From the NCBI GenBank assembly GCA_043732185.1, contig JAYTHY010000066.1, positions 22,867 to 86,866 of the forward strand: 64,000 nt of DNA, in the 5' to 3' direction. Within the stretch, counting starts at the first letter, position 1, and each line of letters begins with the position of its first letter. This DNA comes from Fibrobacteria bacterium (GTDB taxonomy: Bacteria > Fibrobacterota > Fibrobacteria > UBA11236). A program made the translations under genes and the position numbers. Of the stretch, positions 36,951-45,582 are shown piece by piece. Under the pieces are notes generated by a model. The model was not told where the DNA came from and did no database searches. It saw only the letters and a program-made list of their open reading frames with translations.

Positions 36951-36992
36951 TTGCACTATAAATTGCACTCAGGCCTATAATTATGTTAAATT
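36951..36992 (+). promoter_or_regulatory. Putative (tandem) sigma70 promoter(s) for the barrel-lipoprotein-mre operon
   Basis: TTGCACT occurs twice (36951, 36963), TATAAT at 36976-81, and TG-n-TAAATT at 36984-92. Confidence 0.45.
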
Positions 36993-37015
36993 TTGCGGAA
37001 ACAGGAGAATGACGC

Positions 37016-38311
37016 ATGCTTTATAATCGACTCAGGTTCGGGGCACTGGGTATGCTCGTTTTAAGTTCCACACTGCCTTCCTGGGCTACTTATTCCCGAG
37101 TTGAATCTATGGGGAAGCGGGCTGACTTCTTTATGGATGATATCAGTATCTTCGATAATCCAGCTAATATGAATATTTTCCCAAATTTTCTGATCGGTGA
37201 ACTTGGAACTTATCGACAAAGCCAATCCGATATGCCGGTTAAGGCGTCCGATTCTGTGGATGCTTCGGCAAACGTGCGCAGGAATATGGATCCCGCAAAT
37301 AGTTGGTTCGGTGGCATATTCTCCTATTCACTTTCCAAAAATAAAGAGACCGGAAATCTGTATCCACAGGTAAGCATCGGTGGCGCTTTCAACCGGAAAG
37401 ATGAAGAATTGTTTGCCTTTCTACCTGATAGTGCCGATGGCAATCCAATTCCTGAGCCAGCAACCAATTTTGACGGGTTCTTAGGCATGACCCTTTCCAA
37501 TGGTGGGATGTTGGGATCGCATGTGTACGTGGCCATGGAAGAGGGTGCAAACCAACGAAATGGAACACGTGTTGGCAGTCCTAATCCTGATATCAATGCT
37601 TATTTATTGAGGGCGGATGTAGGCGTAAATTGGCCTATTGCCAGAAATGTGGACGGTGAGCTTTCTGCAGGTACGGCTTGGATGAGTTATGGACCCAAAT
37701 CCATTGATCCTCAGGTATCCTATTTCGTTAAGGCACGGGCCTTTTCAACTTTGGAAATTATCAATGGTGAATTGGTGCCGCTTTTTAACTACAGTGTCAT
37801 GCAGGCTCCCGGCCGTACTTATACAAAATTGCATTTCGGTTTGGGTGTCAATGTTTCCCTTGATCGAGGCTTTTTCTGGCTGGGTGCTCAGGGAATATTT
37901 GATGAAGATGAAACCAAGGGCATGACCAGAAATCCTGATCATACGATTTCATATAAACATATGGGAACTACTCATGAAGTGGAATCAATTCGGGGAAGTT
38001 TGGTGTCCTTTGGTATTGAACGAAATGTTTGGTGGGATTGGTTGGTTCTCCGAGTGGGCGGGCAAAAGGAAATTTCCTACCGAAATAAAGAGAGCTCACT
38101 TACGGGCGAAACCTTCAATTATATCTTTACCAATCCGACCAGTGATGGCACGCCGAATGACGCCGTTGGATTCGGTATTGGAATCAACATTGAGGAAAAG
38201 CTAAAGGTGGACGCTACTCTGGCCGAGGATCTACTTTATACTTTCGGCAATCTTTTTTCGGGACCTGAGCATCATGTGATTTCCCGAATTTCGGCTACTT
38301 ATTCCTTCTAG
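37016..38311 (+). CDS. Putative outer-membrane beta-barrel protein
   Basis: Signal peptide, ATYSRVESMG…IFDNPANM, alternating beta-strands, and C-terminal ISATYSF (BAM-type terminal Phe). Confidence 0.75.
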   Translation: MLYNRLRFGALGMLVLSSTLPSWATYSRVESMGKRADFFMDDISIFDNPANMNIFPNFLIGELGTYRQSQSDMPVKASDSVDASANVRRNMDPANSWFGGIFSYSLSKNKETGNLYPQVSIGGAFNRKDEELFAFLPDSADGNPIPEPATNFDGFLGMTLSNGGMLGSHVYVAMEEGANQRNGTRVGSPNPDINAYLLRADVGVNWPIARNVDGELSAGTAWMSYGPKSIDPQVSYFVKARAFSTLEIINGELVPLFNYSVMQAPGRTYTKLHFGLGVNVSLDRGFFWLGAQGIFDEDETKGMTRNPDHTISYKHMGTTHEVESIRGSLVSFGIERNVWWDWLVLRVGGQKEISYRNKESSLTGETFNYIFTNPTSDGTPNDAVGFGIGINIEEKLKVDATLAEDLLYTFGNLFSGPEHHVISRISATYSF

Positions 38312-38324
38312 TCCTGTTCAGGGA

Positions 38325-38711
38325 ATGAACCAATTTCCAACTTTCATTCTTGTGGCCTTCCTTTGGCTGTTCGGAGGAGGCTGTTCCGCCTCCCATCATT
38401 CCTTGGTGGATTCCCTAGATGAAATTGCCAAGGCCGATCTCAAGGACATTCTAGTGGACTTGCCGCCTAAGGCCAAGAGTGCACTGTTAGCCAAGCCCTA
38501 CTTTATCCGTGATGAATATGAAGAGTATCATGGAGATACTTCAATCGTCTTCCAGGCCAGAGCTACTTTGGTCTTTTTTTACCTCGATCCCTCGCTGAAT
38601 CTATGCCAGGTCCGAAAGTATCGATATCGCACTACAGCGGGACTTTGGGACAGGTATGATGTTAAGTTAATTCACATCCCCGAAAAATTTACTGGATCAG
38701 AGTCGCATTAG
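38325..38711 (+). CDS. Small hypothetical lipoprotein
   Basis: Hydrophobic N-terminus ending in GGGC. Co-oriented between the barrel gene and mreB. Confidence 0.6.
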   Translation: MNQFPTFILVAFLWLFGGGCSASHHSLVDSLDEIAKADLKDILVDLPPKAKSALLAKPYFIRDEYEEYHGDTSIVFQARATLVFFYLDPSLNLCQVRKYRYRTTAGLWDRYDVKLIHIPEKFTGSESH

Positions 38712-38808
38712 TTCCTACAAAGCCTAGGATGCGAAATCATAAATTTGTAGTTTTTACCTGATCTCTGCAACTTTGGTTTTCCCTTAGCCATAGAGGAGTA
38801 CCTCCCCC

Positions 38809-39831
38809 TTGTTCGGTTTCTTATCAAGTGATATCGGTATAGATTTGGGAACAGCGAATACCTTGGTCCATGTAAGCGGACGTGGTATAGTGATCAATGA
38901 ACCCTCGGTGGTTGCCGTGGAAAGGCGCACCAATAAGGTTTTAGCCATTGGGTCGGAGGCTAAGCGTATGTTAGGCCGCACTCCTGGTGAAATTATTGCC
39001 GTAAGGCCTATGAAGGATGGAGTCATTGCAGACTTCCAGATGGTGGAAAGTCTCCTAACACGGATGATCCAAATCGCTCAGAAATACCCGCTGTTTTTTC
39101 TCCGTCCTCGAATTGTGGTCGGTGTGCCTTCTGGCATCACTGAAGTTGAAAAACGTGCCGTGTTGGAATCCGCCCAGAAGGCGGGAGCGCGCGAAGTTTA
39201 CCTAGTAGCAGAACCCATGGCGGCGGCAATAGGTATGGGTATTCCAGTTGAGGACCCAAGTGGAAATATGATTATTGACATTGGCGGTGGGACGTCTGAA
39301 ATTGCGGTCATTGCCCTTTATGGAATTGTTTGTGATGCCTCCGTGCGGGTGGGCGGCGATGAAATGGATGAGGCCATCATCAGCTATTTGAAAAAGAATT
39401 ACAATCTACTGGTGGGTGAAGGCACGGCTGAAAAAATTAAAATGCAAATCGGTTCTGCGTATCCACTTGAACGCGAGCTCGAAATGGAAGTGCGCGGTCG
39501 TGACCTGATGGCCGGAATTCCACACACATTGAAAATCACTTCGGCAGAAATTCGAGAAGCCCTTGCTGAACCCGTCAATGCCATCGTAGAAGCCGTCAAG
39601 CGCGCTTTGGAACAGACACCACCAGAGTTATCAGCGGATATACTTGAAAAGGGAATCGTCATGACGGGTGGCGGCTCACAGCTGCGAGGATTCGACGAGT
39701 TGCTGAGACAAGAAACCAATTTGCCCGTTAATGTAATCGATGATCCTCTGGTTTGTGTTTGCAAAGGCACAGCCCGCATTTTAGAGGATATGGACAAGTA
39801 TTATAAGGTATTGATGGACGCGAGCCGGTAG
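38809..39831 (+). CDS. mreB: Rod shape-determining protein MreB
   Basis: Motifs [34 protein letters not shown] and TGGGS. Confidence 0.98.
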   Translation: MFGFLSSDIGIDLGTANTLVHVSGRGIVINEPSVVAVERRTNKVLAIGSEAKRMLGRTPGEIIAVRPMKDGVIADFQMVESLLTRMIQIAQKYPLFFLRPRIVVGVPSGITEVEKRAVLESAQKAGAREVYLVAEPMAAAIGMGIPVEDPSGNMIIDIGGGTSEIAVIALYGIVCDASVRVGGDEMDEAIISYLKKNYNLLVGEGTAEKIKMQIGSAYPLERELEMEVRGRDLMAGIPHTLKITSAEIREALAEPVNAIVEAVKRALEQTPPELSADILEKGIVMTGGGSQLRGFDELLRQETNLPVNVIDDPLVCVCKGTARILEDMDKYYKVLMDASR

Positions 39832-39978
39832 CGGACTCCGGTTACGGACTGCGTATTCAAAGGCTTTTTTCGGTTACAGTGGTCGTTCCATGGTTTCCCG
39901 CATCCGTAGCTTGAGAAGGGCCTCCATGAAAACTGGCAAAGTGGCTATGCTCACAGCACTTCCAAACTGGGTCAAAAG

Positions 39979-40806
39979 GTGAGTCTTTTCTATTGGATCC
40001 GCAGGCTCTTTACCTTTGGGAAGGGCGTCGTTTCCCTTTTTAGCTGCATCATGGCCTGTGCCATTTTGATATCGCTCAAGCCTCCTGAACGGCAAACTTT
40101 TCATGATGTGATGATCAGCACGTTTCTTTATCCGGCGCAAGCTATACTTTCTCGATTGAATCGAACCATTCGGGTTTTCAAGGAGAACGAAGATTTGAAG
40201 CGGCAGAACATAGCCTTGAGGTTGGAGAATGATTTTATGGGACAGGCCATAAAGGAGCTTCCCCGAATTGAACAAATGGAAGCCTTTGGAGCCCGTAGTG
40301 GGTTAAAACTGAAAATGGCCCAAATCATAGCTGAGGATCCGGGACGATATTCTAGGAATTGGGTTATCAATTTGGGAAGCGATGATTCCATTGATGTAAA
40401 CATGCCAGTGCTAACCGCATTGGGGGTGGTGGGGAAAACCGTTAAATTGTACAACAGTCATGCACTTGTCCAGGGACTGGCCGACCCAAACAGCAAGGTT
40501 TCGGTTTTATGCAGTCGCAGTCGAGTCACAGGCGTTTTGGAAGCCTGGCCAGGTGGTAAACTCTTAGTTCGATTCCCGGTTGATGCGGATGTTAAGAGTG
40601 CTGACACTATGATGACCTCTGGAATGGGTGGCGTGTTTCCAAAAGGATTATTGGTAGGTGAAGTGGGTGAGCCGCATAAAGACGCGGGTGCAGGTGATGA
40701 TATTCTTAAAGCATGGAATGTCAAACCTTTTCAGAATCCGGATTTGGTAGAAGAAATATTCGTTCTGATTCGCAAGGATTCTTGGACAGTTGGTGCTGAA
40801 AAATGA
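39979..40806 (+). CDS. mreC: Rod shape-determining protein MreC
   Basis: TM, coiled coil, INLGS, GVVGK and TSGMGGVFPKGLLVG. Confidence 0.93.
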   Translation: MSLFYWIRRLFTFGKGVVSLFSCIMACAILISLKPPERQTFHDVMISTFLYPAQAILSRLNRTIRVFKENEDLKRQNIALRLENDFMGQAIKELPRIEQMEAFGARSGLKLKMAQIIAEDPGRYSRNWVINLGSDDSIDVNMPVLTALGVVGKTVKLYNSHALVQGLADPNSKVSVLCSRSRVTGVLEAWPGGKLLVRFPVDADVKSADTMMTSGMGGVFPKGLLVGEVGEPHKDAGAGDDILKAWNVKPFQNPDLVEEIFVLIRKDSWTVGAEK

Positions 40807-41288
40807 ATTTCTTGAAAAGTCTAAGTGTATTGGTCCTGGCCCTTATTCTACAACAAACCGTGGTACGCATCATTTCCATCGGTTCAATCCAACCGGACCT
40901 GGTTATTGTCGCATTAGTGGCTATCGCGATGCGCTACGGCACCCTTACCGGACTTTTCTGTGGACTTACTATTGGCCTCATTCAGGATGTATACGCTATC
41001 GAAGCACTGGGAGCCAATGCCTTATCAAAATGTATGGTGGGATATTTTTCTGGGTTACTGGATGATAAAGTCATAAAGGTAATGCCGGCCACCAAAGTGC
41101 TTTTCTTGGCGATTGCATTTCTGGTTCATGATGCCGTCTACGCGCTTGCTGCCGGATATCATGGACATGTTTTTTGGGATGCTTTGTTTAGAAAGTCCAT
41201 ACCGTCGGGAATTTATACTCTCTTGATAGGATCGGTGTTTTTCTATTTCTTGGTGACGCCCCTGCGAAGGGATGGCCAGCGTTCATGA
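40803..41288 (+). CDS. mreD: Rod shape-determining protein MreD
   Basis: Polytopic membrane protein with PDLV and GLIQDV…LGANAL, in operon position. Confidence 0.9.
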   Translation: MNFLKSLSVLVLALILQQTVVRIISIGSIQPDLVIVALVAIAMRYGTLTGLFCGLTIGLIQDVYAIEALGANALSKCMVGYFSGLLDDKVIKVMPATKVLFLAIAFLVHDAVYALAAGYHGHVFWDALFRKSIPSGIYTLLIGSVFFYFLVTPLRRDGQRS

Positions 41289-43162
41289 GTCTGAACAATT
41301 CCAATCGACTTGATGACTCCTTTTATCGCAATTCCGCAGCTAGAAATATTTTGGTTGTTTTTGGTTTGCTAATGGCTGGGTTGGTCATTCGCCTTTTTTA
41401 TCTCCAGATCATCATGGGCTCCTATCATCAAAAACTTTCCGACCAGAACAGCATTCGACTACAGATAGTGCATGCCCCGCGTGGCCTAATCTATGACCGG
41501 GCCGGGGTCTTGATCGCCAGGAACCGACCTTCTTATCAAATCGCAATACTTCCCACTCAGCTTAAGGATCCAAAACGAGTATTGGCCAATCTTCTGCGAT
41601 TTCAGGACACTTTAGGTACCCGGATTTTCGATTCAGCCCTTGTGGCATGGAGTATCCAACGAGGGCGTTGGAAGCGGTTTCAGCCGTTGGTCATATTGGA
41701 GGATGCATCGGCAGCCATTGTGGCCATGGTCGAAGAACATCAATTGGATCTGCCCGGTGTAGCAACCATTCTGGACTCGCGTCGATCGTATCCATTCGGC
41801 GCCGATGCCGCCCACGTACTGGGCTACATGGACGAAATAAAAGAAGATGAACTTGAAACGTCATCGGAAGTTAAAGAAGGCAGCGACAGCTTGCCCTACA
41901 TGAAGGGCGACCGTATAGGCCGCAAAGGCTTGGAGAAATCCTATGAAGCCTATTTCCGTGGTCGTGACGGAGTGCGGTATATAAAGGTGAATGCCTTTGG
42001 CAAGGAGATGGAAGTCATCAAGGAAATGCCGCAGATTAAACCGGTTTCCGGAAAAAATTTGATCACCACTTTAGATATGGATCTTCAATGTTTGGCGGAA
42101 TCCTTACTTGCCGATACAGTCCGGGGCGCTGTGGTTGCCATCGACCCTCGCAATGGGGAAGTTTTGGTGATGGCCTCCAGTCCGCGCATGGACGCGAATA
42201 TTTTTTCCCTCTCGCGAGACAAACGATCGAAAGCTTGGGCCAAACTCGCTTTGGACCCCGCTATGCCGCTAAATAATCGAGCTACTGTAGGAGGCTATGA
42301 ACCTGGCTCAACATTTAAAGGCGTTGTTTCAATTGCCGGTCTACAGTCAGGGCGCATTGACCCCGACGCGCATATGTCCAAATCCTGTCAGGGTGGATAC
42401 CGATTCGGAAATCGCTTCTGGCACTGCTGGGAGCCGAGAGGACATGGCGCATTGAATATGGTCGACGCTTTTACACAATCATGCGACGCCTACTATTATC
42501 AAGTGGGCTTAATCATTGGCATGGACATCATTAACAAAGTGGCCCGTGAATTTGGCTTTGGCGCACATACTGGCATTGATTTGGACGATGAGCGGAGTGG
42601 AGAATTGATTGATTCGGCAAGCTACACTAAAAAATTCCAACGCAGAGGTTGGCGATGGTCGCGGGGCTTGGTTTTAAATCTTTCCATTGGGCAAGGTCAA
42701 ATCGTAACCCCTCTTCAGCTGGCGAATTATGCTGCCGGGTTGGGCAATGGCAAGGTGGTTTATAAACCGCATCTCATTAAGGAAATCCGGGATCGCGAGG
42801 GACAAACTATAGTGCGATATGAACCGCAAATTCTTTCCAGGCTCGATATAACCGACGGTCAACGCCAAGTGATATGGAAGGCGTTGGAATCTGTTGTCAA
42901 TTCGCCTAGGGGAACGGGTGGACGTGCCAGGGTTGAAGGCGTATTGGTAGGCGGAAAAACAGGTTCGGCAGAAAACCCACATGGTGGTAAGACGCATGCA
43001 CTTTTCGTAGGGGTGGCACCCCTGTACCAACCGGAATTGGCCATTGCGGTGGTATTGGAAAACGTTGGCCATGGAGGAAGTTTTGCGGCACCAATTGCCG
43101 GGGAAATTTTCCGGCACTACTTCAAGCGGAAGATGGTCGGAGAAAAGCAACCAGTCCTTTGA
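41285..43162 (+). CDS. mrdA: Penicillin-binding protein 2
   Basis: Motifs APRGLIYDR, RSYP, GLEKSYE, YEPGSTFK (SxxK), SCDAYYY, IGQG and GKTGSAE. Confidence 0.95.
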   Translation: MSLNNSNRLDDSFYRNSAARNILVVFGLLMAGLVIRLFYLQIIMGSYHQKLSDQNSIRLQIVHAPRGLIYDRAGVLIARNRPSYQIAILPTQLKDPKRVLANLLRFQDTLGTRIFDSALVAWSIQRGRWKRFQPLVILEDASAAIVAMVEEHQLDLPGVATILDSRRSYPFGADAAHVLGYMDEIKEDELETSSEVKEGSDSLPYMKGDRIGRKGLEKSYEAYFRGRDGVRYIKVNAFGKEMEVIKEMPQIKPVSGKNLITTLDMDLQCLAESLLADTVRGAVVAIDPRNGEVLVMASSPRMDANIFSLSRDKRSKAWAKLALDPAMPLNNRATVGGYEPGSTFKGVVSIAGLQSGRIDPDAHMSKSCQGGYRFGNRFWHCWEPRGHGALNMVDAFTQSCDAYYYQVGLIIGMDIINKVAREFGFGAHTGIDLDDERSGELIDSASYTKKFQRRGWRWSRGLVLNLSIGQGQIVTPLQLANYAAGLGNGKVVYKPHLIKEIRDREGQTIVRYEPQILSRLDITDGQRQVIWKALESVVNSPRGTGGRARVEGVLVGGKTGSAENPHGGKTHALFVGVAPLYQPELAIAVVLENVGHGGSFAAPIAGEIFRHYFKRKMVGEKQPVL

Positions 43163-43169
43163 CATTCCC

Positions 43170-44345
43170 ATGTTGGTATCTCTTGGTCTGATTCTTGGAA
43201 TTGGACTTCTAGCGGTTTATTCCGCTACATGGGATGAGCCGGGGAGGCATTGGCAGAAGCAAATCCTGTACGCGGTTATGGGCATTTTAGCCATGGGAGG
43301 ATTGTATATCACTCCGGTTAAAATTTTTTATGCCATGGCCTATCCAGGTTATGTGCTTTCGCTCTTTCCATTGTTATACATCATTGTTTTTAAAGCAAAT
43401 TCCGTCGAGCGGTGGATAGCCTTGCCCGGTGGATTCAATATCCAACCTTCGGAAGTAACCAAGGTGGCATTGTTACTCGCTATGGCGCGCCTATTGGCTT
43501 TTCAACCAATCATACTGGCGCGACCCAAGACTTTGATTGCGCCATTTGTGTTATTCCTGATTCCATTTATCCTGGTATTGAATCAGCCCAATCTCAGTAC
43601 GGCAATTTCTTTTGTCGCGATGACTGTGGTAATGGCTTACTGGTCTGGTCTTTCATTGCGGGAAATATTTCTACTAGCCTCTCCGGTTTTATCCGTGGCC
43701 TTGACCTTCCACCAATTGGCTTGGGCTTTTCTCTTCGTCATTCTTATCGCGATCATTATTTTTAGGCGGGTCAATTTAAAAGTTGGAGTCTTGCTTCTTT
43801 TGGTTAATATCGCTGCCGGCTATGGAGCCATATTCGTTTGGAATAAGGTACTGTATGAGCATCAACGGGGAAGAATCATGACATTCATGGATCCTCAAAG
43901 GGATCCGTTGGGCGCAGGTTACCAGGTTTTGCAAAGTAAGGTGGCGATTGGGTCCGGCCAGTTGATGGGGAAGGGTTTCTTAGCGGGTTCGCAGACCAAC
44001 TTAAGTTTCTTACCCGAAGAGCATACGGATTTTATTTTCTCAGTTCTGGGTGAGCAATTTGGTTTTCTGGGTTGCCTTGGATTGCTTGCCCTTTACTTAT
44101 TTCTTATTCACCGCATTCTCCGAGTGGGCGCGGATATTCGCAATCGATTTGTCAGTTTGGTGGCCATGGGGGTTGCGGGAATATTGGGTTTTCATATTAT
44201 CGTTAATGTTTCCATGACCATTGGATTGATGCCGGTGACTGGATTGCCTTTGCCGTTTCTTTCCTATGGCGGTTCTTTTCTCATTTCTTGTCTTATCATG
44301 TTGGGGCTGGTCGTCAGCTTACGCGCGCATGGGCAGAATCTTTAA
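43170..44345 (+). CDS. rodA: Rod shape-determining protein RodA (SEDS)
   Basis: Motifs QPSE, GYQVLQSKVAIGSG, PEEHTDFIFS and TGLPLPFLSYGGS. The start is uncertain (ORF open from 43044). Confidence 0.95.
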   Translation: MLVSLGLILGIGLLAVYSATWDEPGRHWQKQILYAVMGILAMGGLYITPVKIFYAMAYPGYVLSLFPLLYIIVFKANSVERWIALPGGFNIQPSEVTKVALLLAMARLLAFQPIILARPKTLIAPFVLFLIPFILVLNQPNLSTAISFVAMTVVMAYWSGLSLREIFLLASPVLSVALTFHQLAWAFLFVILIAIIIFRRVNLKVGVLLLLVNIAAGYGAIFVWNKVLYEHQRGRIMTFMDPQRDPLGAGYQVLQSKVAIGSGQLMGKGFLAGSQTNLSFLPEEHTDFIFSVLGEQFGFLGCLGLLALYLFLIHRILRVGADIRNRFVSLVAMGVAGILGFHIIVNVSMTIGLMPVTGLPLPFLSYGGSFLISCLIMLGLVVSLRAHGQNL

Positions 44346-44350
44346 TTCCA

Positions 44351-45160
44351 ATGTTAGAATCCAATAAAATAAAACCCGTCATCGGTTTTTCAAAAATGTG
44401 GAAAAGCTTGGCTATGTGCTTAAAAATCGTACCATCGCTTTTTATTCCACCGATTTGTGTGCATTGCCATAATCATCGCTGGGCTAGCACGCCTTTATGC
44501 CTATCCTGCCTTAAAAAACTGAAACCTTTGCGAAACGCTTTGTGTGCCCAATGTGGTCTGGATGAGTGTGAGGCCGACCATGACGAAAACGAACATCCAT
44601 TTAACACGGCTCAATTTTTGTTTCGCATGTCGCCGGAAGTTTCAACTTTGGTACATGGTTTCAAATATCGAAATTTGCGACGACACATCTCGTTTTTATG
44701 TGCATACGTGCGTTTTAGGTCGGACCTCATCGCGCGGATAAATTCATGTGATGGCCTGGTGCCGGTGCCCATTCATCCTCTTCGTAGGCGGGAACGCGGA
44801 TACAATCAATCTGAGATAATAGCTACTGAATTGGCACGTTTAACCGGTCGACCCATAATTTCTAATCTGCTGCGCAGAACAAAATATACGGAATCCCAGA
44901 CAAAATTGGCGAAAACGGCACGTAGGCATAATTTGGATGCGGCATTTTCGTGTTCCAGTTCATTGGACATTAAAGGAAAAAAACTTTTCTTGATAGATGA
45001 CGTTTTCACAACAGGGACGACAGCTAGCCAGTGCTCGGGATTATTGCTTAAGGCAGGCTGTGCTTCCGTCGAGGTGTTTGCCTTGGCCAAGGTGGAATGG
45101 AAGCCGTCGCAAGATGATTTTAGTCAGGAACTTGAAATGGTTTCCGGATATCTTTCCTGA
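44351..45160 (+). CDS. comF: ComF family protein (zinc ribbon + phosphoribosyltransferase domain)
   Basis: CVHC/CLSC/CAQC, VPVPIHPLRRRERGYNQS and LIDDVFTTGTT. The start is uncertain. Confidence 0.88.
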   Translation: MLESNKIKPVIGFSKMWKSLAMCLKIVPSLFIPPICVHCHNHRWASTPLCLSCLKKLKPLRNALCAQCGLDECEADHDENEHPFNTAQFLFRMSPEVSTLVHGFKYRNLRRHISFLCAYVRFRSDLIARINSCDGLVPVPIHPLRRRERGYNQSEIIATELARLTGRPIISNLLRRTKYTESQTKLAKTARRHNLDAAFSCSSSLDIKGKKLFLIDDVFTTGTTASQCSGLLLKAGCASVEVFALAKVEWKPSQDDFSQELEMVSGYLS

Positions 45161-45276
45161 TGCCTTTTGGAAAACATCCCACAAATCCCATTCGCTTGGC
45201 CTATGGCATTATTTGGATGTCCAACGAGTTCCCGGGCACGGCAATGTCTGTTTTAGTGAAAATGGGGTAAATAAAG

Positions 45277-45362
45277 TGGCGGAGGGTGAGGGACTCGAAC
45301 CCCCAAGCCCTTACGGGCGGCGGTTTTCAAGACCGCTGACTTACCAGTTAGCCTAACCCTCC
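45277..45362 (-). tRNA. tRNA-Ser(TGA)
   Basis: Reverse strand reads GGAGGGT…GCGGT-CT-TGA-AA-ACCGC…long variable arm…GGTTCGAGTCC…ACCCTCCGCCA. CCA is encoded. Confidence 0.96.
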
Positions 45363-45582
45363 TTCAAAAAGTAGGAGTTTTCTGTGCCCGCAAAACTAGC
45401 ATAACGGGATGTCGGAAACAATGCCTTTTGCTTCCTAGGTCATGTTTGGTCCAGTTTTGCTAGTTTGCTGTCCGGATAAAATATCTCAAATTTTTTACGG
45501 AATTGCCTAATGAATTTTGGCTATAATATCCAGGATTGTCAAATTTACGGCAAAGCGGGATTTGCTTTTAAAGGAGTGCAGG

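Noticed and set aside
45161..45516. tRNA-Ser as an island or prophage integration site
   Set aside because: No integrase, no visible duplicated tRNA 3' end and no phage genes nearby.
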